Part shown: piece after piece, positions 25,705-35,662 of the stretch | How the letters are laid out: each line of letters opens with the position of its first letter | Numbering within the stretch: position 1 is the stretch's first letter | From: Dehalococcoidia bacterium | GTDB lineage: Bacteria > Chloroflexota > Dehalococcoidia > Lucifugimonadales > UBA1123 | Direction: 5' to 3' | Length of the DNA: 64,000 nucleotides | Assembly (NCBI GenBank): GCA_965197695.1 | Contig: OZ240222.1 | Location: 2,932,108-2,996,107 of the forward strand | Notes under the pieces: generated by a model | The model's input: the letters and a program-made list of their open reading frames with translations, nothing else | What the model was told of the DNA's origin: nothing | The model's database searches: none | Position numbers and translations under genes: made by a program

Positions 25705-26475
25705 ATGGAACGTGAAAACCGATCAATTGAGATCTTCGGGGTGGTGGGTCTGCCCGAGATACAGCCCGGAGACCAGATCGGACCGGCGATTGTGGAAGCG
25801 ACCGCGGCACAGGGCGCGCCATTGGTGTCGGGCGACATCCTGGTGGTGACCCAGAAGATCGTGTCAAAGGCCGAAGGAAGGCTTGTCAAGCTGTCGATGG
25901 TGGACCCCTCAGACTTTGCCATCACATTCGCGGCGAAGTCTGGCCGTGACCCAAGATTGGTCGAGCTGGTCCTACAGGAGAGCAGGTCGATCGTTCGCAT
26001 GGAACCGGACCGCGGAGTGATTATTTCCGAGACCCACCACGGCTTTGTCTGCGCGAATGCCGGCATCGACCAGTCAAACGTGCCCGGTGAGGAGGTCGTG
26101 TGCCTGCTTCCGGAGCATCCGGACGCATCGGCCCAGCGAATTCGGGATGATATTCGTCGATCGACCGGCCTGGACATACCGGTCGTGATCTCCGACACAT
26201 TTGGCCGCGCCTGGCGGGAGGGACACGTCAACTTCGCCATCGGTGTGGCGGGCCTGGACCCGATTCTGGATTACCGTGGCACGCCGGACGCCCAGGGCCG
26301 AGTGATGCACGTTACGTCGATCGCCGTTGCGGATGAGCTGACCGCGGCGGCCGAGCTGGTCCAGTTCAAAGCAATCGGAGTTCCGGTTTCAGTGGTTCGA
26401 GGCTATCCCTACAGTCCCGGACAAGGGGGCTACCGACCGCTGCTCCGCGAGCGGTCCCGGGACATGTTCCGCTAG
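25705..26475 (+). CDS. cofE: coenzyme F420-0:L-glutamate ligase
   Basis: 256 aa. GDILVVTQKIVSKAEGR and HGFVCANAGIDQSN are typical of CofE and the FbiB N-terminal domain. Confidence 0.85.
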   Translation: MERENRSIEIFGVVGLPEIQPGDQIGPAIVEATAAQGAPLVSGDILVVTQKIVSKAEGRLVKLSMVDPSDFAITFAAKSGRDPRLVELVLQESRSIVRMEPDRGVIISETHHGFVCANAGIDQSNVPGEEVVCLLPEHPDASAQRIRDDIRRSTGLDIPVVISDTFGRAWREGHVNFAIGVAGLDPILDYRGTPDAQGRVMHVTSIAVADELTAAAELVQFKAIGVPVSVVRGYPYSPGQGGYRPLLRERSRDMFR

Positions 26476-26556
26476 GACAAGAACGCCCTGTTGCGTATCG
26501 GCGCCGGGCTGCGGACAGCGCTTCGCCGCGGCACATGACGTGCGGAGTCATCAGAC

Positions 26557-27255
26557 CTAGGATGCTCGGGCGCCGATCTCCTCAGGGGCGCAGACCACAG
26601 AGTCTAACGCGGCGATTCCCTTTCGCGTATCCGAAGCTATCTTGGCCTTGTCCGACACGCGAAGCCGCCGTTTGAACAGCCAGTACGTGAACTCCTTGAG
26701 CTCAGTCACGGTCGTGATCGGCTGATGACTACGACCCCGATCGTCGCGGAATGCAATCATCAGCGCGTCCCGGCTGGAACGATAAATGCGCTGGAAAGCG
26801 GTGTCGGTATGGTCCGCCGTGTACTGGCGGCCACCGGCGTAGAACCGTTTCTCGACTTCCGACTCCACCGCATTCTGTAGGGCCATCTCCACCTCGACGC
26901 CGTAGAAGTAGTTCAGGTAGGCGCTGTACTTCTCTGAGCCCAGTATCTCCTTGAAGTCGGCCTCGTCCGATGAGGACGGGAATCTGCCGGAGAAGATCAG
27001 ATTCTCCAGTTCATCCTCGGGTATCAGGTCACGGACCTCGGCGCACAGCCGGTTGGCCAAAGTCAGCCAGTCGAACGCCTCCGAACCTATGAGATATGCG
27101 AGCCTCGTGCCCTCATAGTCCTCTTCCGGGGACGTCCACAGCGCCATCGCTTCCAACAGCGCCGTGGGCCACTTCGCACCATCCATTAGCGCATGTCTGA
27201 GGTGTGGAACAGCCTGCGAGCTTGGGATTTCACTAGTGGTTTCGCACTCATCCAT
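26557..27255 (-). CDS. hypothetical protein, translationally coupled to polX
   Basis: 232 aa with no recognised motif. Its ATG 27255 overlaps the polX stop (27248-27250). Confidence 0.55.
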   Translation of the reverse strand: MDECETTSEIPSSQAVPHLRHALMDGAKWPTALLEAMALWTSPEEDYEGTRLAYLIGSEAFDWLTLANRLCAEVRDLIPEDELENLIFSGRFPSSSDEADFKEILGSEKYSAYLNYFYGVEVEMALQNAVESEVEKRFYAGGRQYTADHTDTAFQRIYRSSRDALMIAFRDDRGRSHQPITTVTELKEFTYWLFKRRLRVSDKAKIASDTRKGIAALDSVVCAPEEIGARAS

Positions 27256-29008
27256 GTGCAGATAATGCCCCAGTCCTATCTTTCTTGTCCAGTTTCAGCC
27301 ATGAAATGAAGTCATCCGCGGGGAGGCAGTTGACGATATGCCTCGCCTCACACCACCCGCGGCGCGCCTGCCTTGCTCCGTAGTCGAGGTTGCCCAGCGC
27401 CTCAGAAGTGTGGGCATCGGTATTGATGACCAGCGGAGCTCCGATCTCGCGTGCCCGGCTTACATGCGCATCCTTGAGGTCCAGTCGTTCCAGCGAGCCG
27501 TTGATCTCCAGCGCCGTCCCCGTCTCAGCGGCAGCCCGGAACAGCGCCTCATAGTCCGCGTCAATTGGCCGGCGCTCTCCGATCAGTCTGGTGGACAGGT
27601 GGCCGATCGCTGACACATGCGGGTTGTTCATTGCGCTGACGATCCGCTGCGTCATTGTCGCCGCATCCTGACCCATCGCACTATGCACGGAGGCGACGAC
27701 CCAGTCGAGTTCCGCAAGAACTTCGTCCGGGTAGTCGAGAGTGCCATCCGCTCGGATGTCCAGTTCCGTGCCGCTGAGTACCCTGATACCGCCCACCTCA
27801 GACTCGAGCTGCCTGAGCCTGGCTCGGTGCCTATCGAGACGTTCGATGCTGAGTCCGTTCGCAATCCCCCGGCCGACAGAGTGATCGGTAACAGCTATGT
27901 ACTCAAGTCCTCGGTCCTGGGCCTCTGCCAACATGACCTCCATCGGATCCCGGCCGTCACTCCAATCGGTGTGCGAATGCAGGTCGCCTCGTATGTCCGA
28001 CGTGTGTACCAGTTCAGGTATCAGGCCGGCGCGCGCCGCTTCGACCTCTCCCCCACCCAGCCGCAGCTCAGGTGGAATGTACTGCAACCCCAGCCTCTCG
28101 TAGAGACCGGCTTCCGTCTCGAAGGTCTCCAGGTCGCTGGACTCCAGATTGCGCAGGCCGTACTCATTCAGCGATAAGCCAAGACCATTAGCGATCTCCC
28201 TGAGCCGCACGTTGTGATGCAGGTTCCCCGTGAAGTATTGCAACATCGCGCCTAGATGCTGTGGTTCTGCCACTCTCAGGTCCACCTGGACACCTGAGTC
28301 CAGCACAACCGACGCCTTCTTGTCTCCGTGAGCAACCACTTCAGCGACAGTGTCCATGGTAGCCAGAGATGCGAGTACGGCGGATGGGTCCGGTGTGACA
28401 CAGACCAGGTCCAGGTCGCCTATCGTCTCCTCGAACCGACGAAGACTTCCGCAGACAACCAGCCGGTCTATTTCGGGGCAGCTGGCCTCCAGGTGTCCGC
28501 TCACCCGTCGCGCGATGTCCATCGCCCGGGCAATGGGCAGTCTATCGCTCTTGGACTTGGCGAACCTAACGGCCCTTCGGATGTTGTCGGCGCTCTTCTT
28601 CCCCATCCGGGGCAGTGAGGCAATACGGCCATCGTCCAGTGCGACCTCCAACGCCTCGATGGACGTCACGTCGAGCTCTTTCCAGATTCTGACCACTGTC
28701 TTCGGTCCCAATCCCGGTATCCGGACCAAGTCCAGAACCCCGTCCGGGAACTCGGACTTGAGCCGGTCCAGGTACGACATCTCACCGGTGTTCACCAGCT
28801 CAGCGATCTTGGCCGAGATTGCCTTGCCGATGCCTGGGATTTCCGTAAGGTCATCACCTTCCCGGACCATCGAATCGACATCGCGGGGAAGGCGCTCGAT
28901 AGTCCGCGCCGCCCGCTGGTAGGCCCTGATGGTGAAGGACTTTTCTCCCTTGATCTCCAGCAGGCTGACGATCGTCTCGAAAACGCCCGCAATTTCGGTA
29001 TTCGTCAT
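27248..29008 (-). CDS. polX: family X DNA polymerase with C-terminal PHP domain
   Basis: MTNTEIAGVFETIVSLLEIKGEKSFTIRAYQRAART N-terminus, helix-hairpin-helix motifs (IPGIGKAI, IPGLGPKT), and PHP histidines (DLHSHTDWSDG, VTDHS, NTDAHT). Start ATG 29008; the track ORF is over-extended into secA. Confidence 0.88.
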   Translation of the reverse strand: MTNTEIAGVFETIVSLLEIKGEKSFTIRAYQRAARTIERLPRDVDSMVREGDDLTEIPGIGKAISAKIAELVNTGEMSYLDRLKSEFPDGVLDLVRIPGLGPKTVVRIWKELDVTSIEALEVALDDGRIASLPRMGKKSADNIRRAVRFAKSKSDRLPIARAMDIARRVSGHLEASCPEIDRLVVCGSLRRFEETIGDLDLVCVTPDPSAVLASLATMDTVAEVVAHGDKKASVVLDSGVQVDLRVAEPQHLGAMLQYFTGNLHHNVRLREIANGLGLSLNEYGLRNLESSDLETFETEAGLYERLGLQYIPPELRLGGGEVEAARAGLIPELVHTSDIRGDLHSHTDWSDGRDPMEVMLAEAQDRGLEYIAVTDHSVGRGIANGLSIERLDRHRARLRQLESEVGGIRVLSGTELDIRADGTLDYPDEVLAELDWVVASVHSAMGQDAATMTQRIVSAMNNPHVSAIGHLSTRLIGERRPIDADYEALFRAAAETGTALEINGSLERLDLKDAHVSRAREIGAPLVINTDAHTSEALGNLDYGARQARRGWCEARHIVNCLPADDFISWLKLDKKDRTGALSAHG

Positions 29009-29069
29009 TGGGCGCTCATATCCGGTCGCATACTCGACACCGGGCAGCCAGTGGCCTCCTCCGGAACCT

Positions 29070-31748
29070 TCATGCTCCGCAACATCGCTTGTACTTCTTC
29101 CCACTACCGCAGGGGCATCGCTGGTTTCTGCCGACCTTCCGTCCGCCGGTGGGGACGGATTGCGCCTGTCCACCGCGCGCGCCGACTCGGGACAGCGCGG
29201 TCTCCCTGCCCCTGGGTTTCGGCGCCAGCCGACCGCGTGTCGATCGGCCGTTCCGACCTGTTCCGTTCGCACCGGACTGGCCGGTATCAGGCTGAACCCT
29301 GAACATCGAGCGGGCGACGTCGCTCCGAATCTTCGACTGGAGCGATTGGAACTGATCCATACCCTCTTTCTTGTACATCACAAGTGGATCACGTTGGCCG
29401 TAGGCGTACAACCCGATACCCTGTCTGAGGTTTTCCATCGAGGTGAGGTGGTGAACCCAGTTGGTATCTACCACCCTGAGCATGATCTGACGCTCGACCT
29501 CGCGCATCGTTTCGGGACCGATTGCCGTTTCGATCTGTTCGTACAGCAAATCGGCGTGATCCATCAGTCGGGATTCTATGCCGTCGGTACCCAGCGCGAT
29601 CAGAGTATCGTGATCTCCGAAATCCGATGGGGGCGGCAAGATCACCGCAAGCTCAGCCAGGAAACCATGGACGTCCCAATCCGCGGGTCTGCCGTCTCCA
29701 AGTGTGGACACGACGATCTCACTGATCTCTTCGCGGAGCATCTCTTGGATGCTGGTCTTCAGGTCAGTGCCGGCCAGAATTTTCTCGCGCTCGCCGTATA
29801 TCAAGTCTCGATGTGCGTTCGCAACGTCGTCGTACTCGACCAGGTGCTTTCTCATGTCGAAATGGTGTGATTCGACCTTGACCTGCGCGTTCTCGATCGA
29901 CTTGTTGATCATGGTGTTTTCGATCGGGATGTCGTCCTCGAGACCCGCCCAGTCCATCACGGACCGGATGCGATCGCCACCGAAGCGGCGCATCAACTCA
30001 TCATCCAGGCCAACGTAGAACTGCGTGGTGCCAGGGTCGCCCTGGCGTCCGGAGCGACCGCGAAGCTGGTTGTCGATCCGTCGCGCGTCGTGGCGTTCCG
30101 TTCCTATGATGTGAAGGCCCCCCGCGTCGATCACCTGCCGGTGTGCGACATCCCACTCATCAGGCGACATGTCTCCCATCTCAGCATTGCCGCCGAGGAC
30201 GATATCCGTTCCTCTACCGGCCATGTTTGTAGCGACGGTTACCGCGCCCGGTTTGCCGGCCTGGGCGACGATCAGTGCCTCCCGCTGGTGCTGCTTCGCA
30301 TTCAGGACCTCATGACGAACCCCCCTCCGGTCCAGCATATCGCTGAGCATCTCGGACTTATCGATGTCCGTAGTTCCGACCAGAACAGGTTGACCGGCGC
30401 CGTGTCGCGCCTCGATCTCCGCGACCACCGCTCGGTACTTGGCTTTCTGGTCCCTGTAGATGAGGTCGGTCGAATCGGCGCGCGCCATCGGCTGGTTGGT
30501 CGGGATCGCCACTACGTCGAGCTTGTAGATCTTGTCGAACTCCTCGGCCTCGGTCGCGGCGGTGCCGGTCATCCCGGACAGCTTCTCGTAGAGCCGGAAG
30601 TAGTTCTGCAAGGTGATCGTCGCGTAAGTGATGGACTCAGGCAGGATCTTGACGCCTTCTTTGGCCTCGATGGCCTGATGCAGCCCATCCGAGTATCTTC
30701 TGCCGGTCATGAGACGCCCCGTGAACTCGTCCACTATCACGACCTGCCGGTCCTGAACGACGTAGTCACGATCACGCTGGAAGATTATCTGGGCCTTCAG
30801 GGCATTCTCGATGTGGTGGACGACGGCGAAGTTCTCAGTGCCGTAGAGATTCTTGATGTTGAGCGTTCGTTCCAGCTTGGATATCCCATCCAGTGTCAGC
30901 GCGACCGCCCGGTGCTTCTCATCGACTGTATAATCTTCCTCCATAATCAATGCGGGCGCGACTTTGGCGTATCTGACGTAGTCCCGGGCCGACATCTCCG
31001 CGGGACCGCTGATTATCAGCGGCGTGCGGGCTTCGTCTATCAGGATGTTGTCCACTTCATCAACGATGGCGTACACACGGTCCCGCTGCACACGGGACGA
31101 TTGACTGGTCACCATGTTGTCGCGAAGGTAATCAAAGCCGAACTCGTTGTTCGTACCGTAGGTGATGTCGGCGGCGTAGGCTTCCTCTCTTGTCGCCGGC
31201 CGCATGTGCTCGAAGCCCTGCTCTCCCTCGTCATAGTAGGGGTCATATACAAGCGACTTCTGATTCTGGAGAGAGCCGACACTGATGCCCAGCCGGTCAT
31301 AGACTGCGCCCATCCAGTGGGCGTCTCGCTTGGCGAGGTAGTCGTTGACCGTGACTACGTGTACGCCTCTTCCACCGAGCGAGTTGAGATAGGCGGACAG
31401 CGTCGCGACGAGCGTCTTCCCCTCGCCGGTCTTCATTTCAGCGATCTTGCCCTGGTGCAGGACTATCCCGCCGATTAGCTGAACGTCGTAGTGACGTTGA
31501 CCGAGAGTGCGCTTGGCGGCTTCCCGGACGACGGCATACGCCTCTGGCAGTATGTCGTCGAGGTCAACGCCTCCGACAACAGCGCGACGGAGCTCCTGTG
31601 TCCTGATGACGAGATCGTCGTCGCTCAGCCGCTCGATTTCGTGTTCGAGATCATTGATCTCGTCGACTTGCGGCTGGAGCTTGGCGATGACCTTCTCGTC
31701 TGATCCACCGAATAGCTTGGCGATCGACTTGAGCATGTCTATAAGCAC
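29070..31748 (-). CDS. secA: preprotein translocase ATPase SecA
   Basis: 892 aa. MKTGEGKTL Walker A, DEVDNILIDEARTPLIISG, TNMAGRGTDI, and the C-terminal zinc motif CPCGSGKKYKRCCG. Confidence 0.97.
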   Translation of the reverse strand: MLIDMLKSIAKLFGGSDEKVIAKLQPQVDEINDLEHEIERLSDDDLVIRTQELRRAVVGGVDLDDILPEAYAVVREAAKRTLGQRHYDVQLIGGIVLHQGKIAEMKTGEGKTLVATLSAYLNSLGGRGVHVVTVNDYLAKRDAHWMGAVYDRLGISVGSLQNQKSLVYDPYYDEGEQGFEHMRPATREEAYAADITYGTNNEFGFDYLRDNMVTSQSSRVQRDRVYAIVDEVDNILIDEARTPLIISGPAEMSARDYVRYAKVAPALIMEEDYTVDEKHRAVALTLDGISKLERTLNIKNLYGTENFAVVHHIENALKAQIIFQRDRDYVVQDRQVVIVDEFTGRLMTGRRYSDGLHQAIEAKEGVKILPESITYATITLQNYFRLYEKLSGMTGTAATEAEEFDKIYKLDVVAIPTNQPMARADSTDLIYRDQKAKYRAVVAEIEARHGAGQPVLVGTTDIDKSEMLSDMLDRRGVRHEVLNAKQHQREALIVAQAGKPGAVTVATNMAGRGTDIVLGGNAEMGDMSPDEWDVAHRQVIDAGGLHIIGTERHDARRIDNQLRGRSGRQGDPGTTQFYVGLDDELMRRFGGDRIRSVMDWAGLEDDIPIENTMINKSIENAQVKVESHHFDMRKHLVEYDDVANAHRDLIYGEREKILAGTDLKTSIQEMLREEISEIVVSTLGDGRPADWDVHGFLAELAVILPPPSDFGDHDTLIALGTDGIESRLMDHADLLYEQIETAIGPETMREVERQIMLRVVDTNWVHHLTSMENLRQGIGLYAYGQRDPLVMYKKEGMDQFQSLQSKIRSDVARSMFRVQPDTGQSGANGTGRNGRSTRGRLAPKPRGRETALSRVGARGGQAQSVPTGGRKVGRNQRCPCGSGKKYKRCCGA

Positions 31749-31868
31749 CTCTTATGCGTCCTCGGAGCGACTGCATTCCTTCGCGCGAACGTCAGGAGTA
31801 GTGAATATCCGCCGTGGACGTCCCCTATTATACCCTACGTTACATCACCCAATTGGGAGGCATGTGAT

Positions 31869-31897
31869 CTGACACGATATGCCTGAGCGTGTATGCT
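31869..31897 (+). promoter_or_regulatory. sigma70-like promoter candidate for the esterase gene
   Basis: CTGACA (31869-31874), 17-nt spacer, TATGCT (31892-31897). SD AGGAG lies before ATG 31927. Confidence 0.4.
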
Positions 31898-31926
31898 AAT
31901 CTATCTCCATCTACAGGAGCTTCCCA

Positions 31927-32871
31927 ATGGTTGACCACACGCTGTTCAGACCGGATTCGATCGACGACGAGACCGCCGCGTTCAACGCGCAGCTTGAGGC
32001 GCTGCTGTCGGAAACTCCCGCAGTCAATCAGGTCCCGGTGGAGGTAACAAGGCGCCTTCGCGAAGAGGGTAGCGGGCCTGCCGGACCGATCGTGCTGTCG
32101 GACATGGCGGAGGAGCGAGTCATCGACGGACCGGGGGGACCTCTCACTTTAAGGACATTCATCCCGGAACATCCTCGCGGTGTGTATCTTCACATCCATG
32201 GCGGCGGCTGGGCGCTGGGTCGCGCGCATCTTCAGGATCCACGGAACGAGCACATAGCCGGGGACTGTTCGGCGGCGGTGGTCAGCGTCGACTATAGGCT
32301 CGCGCCCGAACACCCGTACCCGGCAGGACTGGACGACTGCGAAGCGGCGGCCGTCTGGGTCGTCAACAACGCCAAGGCGGAGTTTGGAGTTGACAACATC
32401 GTAATCGGAGGCGAGTCCGCTGGGGGGCATCTGTCGGCGACAACACTGATTAGAATGCGTGACCGGCACGGTTTCACCGGTTTTACCGGGGCCAACCTGG
32501 TGTATGGGGTGTACGATCTTGGGATGACTCCCTCCCAGAGAAACTGGGGTGAGCGGCAATTCGTCCTCAGCACTCCGATCATGGACTGGTTCTACGACCA
32601 GTTCGTATCGCCGGACATCCGTCGAAACCCCGACGTGTCCCCGCTTTATGCCGACCTTCGCAACTTGACCACTGCTCTGTTCACCGTGGGAACACTCGAC
32701 CCGCTGCTCGACGACACGCTATTCATGTATCAACGCTGGGTGGCCGCCGGAAATCCGGGAGATATCGCGATTTACCCCGGCGGACCTCACGGATTCGACG
32801 CGCATCCGACCAAATTGGCCCGTCGGGCCCGACTGCGTATGAACGAGTTCATCACTGCGCGCCTACACTGA
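31927..32871 (+). CDS. alpha/beta hydrolase (HSL-type esterase/lipase)
   Basis: Oxyanion motif HIHGGGWALG and nucleophile elbow GESAGG. Confidence 0.85.
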   Translation: MVDHTLFRPDSIDDETAAFNAQLEALLSETPAVNQVPVEVTRRLREEGSGPAGPIVLSDMAEERVIDGPGGPLTLRTFIPEHPRGVYLHIHGGGWALGRAHLQDPRNEHIAGDCSAAVVSVDYRLAPEHPYPAGLDDCEAAAVWVVNNAKAEFGVDNIVIGGESAGGHLSATTLIRMRDRHGFTGFTGANLVYGVYDLGMTPSQRNWGERQFVLSTPIMDWFYDQFVSPDIRRNPDVSPLYADLRNLTTALFTVGTLDPLLDDTLFMYQRWVAAGNPGDIAIYPGGPHGFDAHPTKLARRARLRMNEFITARLH

Positions 32872-32943
32872 GGCAAAATCGACTATTGCTCGGGACATAG
32901 ACACACGGGCGGCCGAGTGGAAGCGCCGCCAGGGAGGCCAGGC

Positions 32944-33780
32944 ATGACCGCTGTTTCCAAGTACGTGACCGTCAACGGAGTTCGACTTCGCTATCTGGAC
33001 TGGGGCACACAGGGTCTGCCGCCGCTGGTCTGTCTGCACGGACACACCGGTCAGGCGCATATCTGGGACGAGTTCGCCGAGGCCATGCGTGGTTCCTACC
33101 ATGTGTTCGCGGTCGATCAGCGCGGGCACGGAGAGTCCGCTCATGCCGGAGACGGGTACGCCCGCGACAGGTTCGTCGAAGACCTCGCCGCGCTGGTGAA
33201 CGCGCTTGAGCTCGACCGGTTCACCCTGGCAGGTCTGTCCATGGGGGGATGGCACTCGATGCTCTACACGGCTGGTCACCCAGATCGCGTCGAGCGAATC
33301 GTGATGGTCGATATCGGACCCGAGCCGTCAGAGGAGTCCATTGCGGCGTCCGGCAGCCGTCCTCAAACGCCGATGTGGTTCGACAGCCTCGAAGACGCGG
33401 TTAGCTGGATGCGTTCCGGCAACCCCTGGGCGTCGGACAGTAGGCTCATAAAGGACGCGCGGGACAAGATGAAGCAGACCGGCGACGGTGCATGGACGTG
33501 GAAGGCAGACCCCTCGCTGTTCAACGTGCCGCTGCCGGACATGTCCGACCCCGGGCTTATCGCAAGGTACTGGCACGCTCTCGAGACCATCCCCTGCCCT
33601 ATCCTGGAGGTCCGGGGAGCTGAGAGTCCGCTGGTGTCCGACGCGGTCCTGGACCGGATGAAGGCCGCGGCTAACGACTTGACGTCGGTGGACGTAGCCG
33701 ATGCAGGTCATGTCGTGACCGTGGACAAACCTGCGGAGTTTATCGCCGTCACACGCGACTTTCTCGGAGTCCCGGACTAA
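32944..33780 (+). CDS. alpha/beta hydrolase
   Basis: VNGVRLRYLDWG, LHGHTGQ, and nucleophile elbow GLSMGG. ATG 32944 follows AGGGAGG. Confidence 0.85.
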   Translation: MTAVSKYVTVNGVRLRYLDWGTQGLPPLVCLHGHTGQAHIWDEFAEAMRGSYHVFAVDQRGHGESAHAGDGYARDRFVEDLAALVNALELDRFTLAGLSMGGWHSMLYTAGHPDRVERIVMVDIGPEPSEESIAASGSRPQTPMWFDSLEDAVSWMRSGNPWASDSRLIKDARDKMKQTGDGAWTWKADPSLFNVPLPDMSDPGLIARYWHALETIPCPILEVRGAESPLVSDAVLDRMKAAANDLTSVDVADAGHVVTVDKPAEFIAVTRDFLGVPD

Positions 33781-33794
33781 AGACTGCCGACAGA

Positions 33795-34721
33795 ATGGAA
33801 AGACGCCGAGTCAGGAACGCCATGCAGATACTTCGCAGCCTCTTATTCGTTCCCGGAAACACACCCAGGATGCTGGACCGCGCGCTGGGGTTGAGACCCG
33901 ACGCCTTCGTTCCCGATATGGAGGATTCTGTCCCGTGGGATGAGAAGGGTAATGCGCGTGGCGTAACTGCCGCGTACATCCCGGAGCTGGCCAAATCAGG
34001 CGTCCCGGTGATACCCAGAGTGAACTCGCTGGACACGGGGATCCTGGAGGAGGATCTTGCCGCCGTGATCGGACCGCACAGTTTCGGCGTGTCCGTCGGC
34101 AAGATCGATAACGCGGCGGTCCTGGGACAGGTGGCGCGGATGGTTCAGAAGGCCGAGCTGCGGGCCGGCGTACCGTTGGGGTCAACCCGACTGGTCCCCT
34201 GGATCGAGTCCGCGGAAGCGATTGTGAACGCCTACGACATATGCAGAGCGTCGGCCAGAGTAGTGGCAGTCGCGCTCGGCGCGGAGGACTTCACCAACGA
34301 CATGGAGATCGCGAGGCGCGACGACGATGCGGAGCTGGCATATGCTCGCAGCGCTATCGCGGTCGCGGCACGGGCTGCTGGCGTGCTCGCCCTGGATACG
34401 CCATTCTTTGCCTTCCGAGACCCTGATGGACTCCGCAGCAACTCCGAGATGTCCCGAGGGATCGGGTTCAGAGGTCGCTTTGCCATCCACCCCGCCCAGC
34501 TGGAGACCGTCAACGAAATCTACAGCCCATCCGAGGGCGAAGTCAGACAGGCTCAGAGAGTCATCGAGGCGTTCGAGGAAGCCGTAGCGATGGGCCGGGG
34601 TTCAACCTCTCTGGATGGAAAGGTAGTCGATGTGCCCGTGGTCAAGCGCGCGCAGGCTCTGCTCGATCAGGCGCGGCAGATGGGGATCTGCGTCAGCCAA
34701 TCTCCGGAAGTCGAGGCCTGA
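33795..34721 (+). CDS. HpcH/HpaI aldolase / citrate lyase beta (CitE)-like acyl-CoA lyase
   Basis: LRSLLFVPGN, PDMEDSVP, GAEDFTNDM and AIHPAQL motifs of the CitE/malyl-CoA lyase family. An alternative start is ATG 33822. Confidence 0.85.
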   Translation: MERRRVRNAMQILRSLLFVPGNTPRMLDRALGLRPDAFVPDMEDSVPWDEKGNARGVTAAYIPELAKSGVPVIPRVNSLDTGILEEDLAAVIGPHSFGVSVGKIDNAAVLGQVARMVQKAELRAGVPLGSTRLVPWIESAEAIVNAYDICRASARVVAVALGAEDFTNDMEIARRDDDAELAYARSAIAVAARAAGVLALDTPFFAFRDPDGLRSNSEMSRGIGFRGRFAIHPAQLETVNEIYSPSEGEVRQAQRVIEAFEEAVAMGRGSTSLDGKVVDVPVVKRAQALLDQARQMGICVSQSPEVEA

Positions 34722-34790
34722 CGGCGGACCGACCCAGCTTGCGTGAACCCGCTGCATGACAGCGGTTGACGTACACCCTGCCCGTACTAT

Positions 34791-35273
34791 TTATGGGGGC
34801 TGGATCCGTGAGTCCCGCCGCGGCCTGGCCTGGTCATCGGAGTCGAGCATGACAGTTACCGGCCCGTCGTTGTGGATGGCGACATCCATGTGGGTCTGGA
34901 ACCGACCGGTCTGTATATTCAGTCCCGTGCCTCGAAACGCTTGAAGTGCGGACTCGAATATCCGGGACGCCTCCTGCGGTCCGGCAGCCTGGGTGAAACT
35001 CGGCCGCCGTCCACGCCTCGTATCCGCGTAGAGGGTGAACTGGCTGATTACCAGCAGGTCGGCGACGACGTCTAAGGCGGAGAGGTTGAAGCGGCCATCC
35101 TTATCAGCGAGCACCCTGAGGTTGACTGTCTTGGATACGATATAGTCGATCTGCGGCTGATCGTCGGTCTGCGAGATACCCACGAAAACAACAAGTCCCG
35201 GACCGATGCGGCCCAGGACTTCACCGTCGACGGTGACGGAGGCTTGCGTAACTCGCTGAATCAGCGCACGCAA
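34791..35273 (-). CDS. dtd: D-aminoacyl-tRNA deacylase
   Basis: MRALIQRV N-terminus, plus SQFTLYADT and NDGPVT motifs. Confidence 0.9.
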   Translation of the reverse strand: MRALIQRVTQASVTVDGEVLGRIGPGLVVFVGISQTDDQPQIDYIVSKTVNLRVLADKDGRFNLSALDVVADLLVISQFTLYADTRRGRRPSFTQAAGPQEASRIFESALQAFRGTGLNIQTGRFQTHMDVAIHNDGPVTVMLDSDDQARPRRDSRIQPP

Positions 35274-35276
35274 CTG

Positions 35277-35606
35277 TCAATCTGTCTTGGCAGAGGTGGA
35301 CGTGGACTTTGATTCCGCCTTGCTGTCACCGGCTTTCGAAGAGTCCGACGACTCCTTCGCAGAAGATTCCTTCTTCTCGTCGTCTTTGCCATCCGACTTC
35401 TCGGTCCCGAACCCGTTGTTGCCGCGGCCCTTGCCGTAGTCGGTCACGTACCAGCCGCTGCCCTTGAATATCACGGGCGGAGCGTGGATCTTGCGGTTGG
35501 ACATCGCTCCACAGTCCGGGCAATCAGCGACCGGACTGGAGTCAAAGCTCTGCCGCAACTCGAACTGGTGACCGCAGACGGTACATCGATAATCGTACCT
35601 CGGCAA
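35277..35606 (-). CDS. FmdB-family zinc-ribbon protein
   Basis: YDYRCTVCGHQFE...CPDCG fits CxxC-x-CxxC, followed by a Ser/Lys/Asp-rich tail. TTG start with GGAG upstream. Confidence 0.8.
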   Translation of the reverse strand: MPRYDYRCTVCGHQFELRQSFDSSPVADCPDCGAMSNRKIHAPPVIFKGSGWYVTDYGKGRGNNGFGTEKSDGKDDEKKESSAKESSDSSKAGDSKAESKSTSTSAKTD

Positions 35607-35635
35607 CCTATCATCTCCAGATTCACTCTGTGTGG

Positions 35636-35662
35636 TTGGCAGTCTCTTTCAGGGACTGCCAA
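35636..35662. repeat. 9-bp perfect inverted repeat TTGGCAGTC-N9-GACTGCCAA
   Basis: Arms at 35636-35644 and 35654-35662, 30 nt upstream of the FmdB-family start, in a divergent intergenic region. Confidence 0.8.

Noticed and set aside
24422-26475. A complete AmmeMemoRadiSam system.
   Set aside because: Only the Memo-type component is present. No AMMECR1-like or radical SAM gene is found within the window.
30090-31478. 462-aa plus-strand ORF (also 28929-29870, 313 aa).
   Set aside because: It is antisense to secA/polX with a low-complexity Arg/Val/Gly-rich translation. It is a shadow ORF.
35636-35662. A sigma54 promoter (TGGCAG-N5-TTTCA) inside the inverted repeat.
   Set aside because: The -12 element lacks the conserved GC (TTTCA instead of TTGCA), and the match arises from the palindrome itself.
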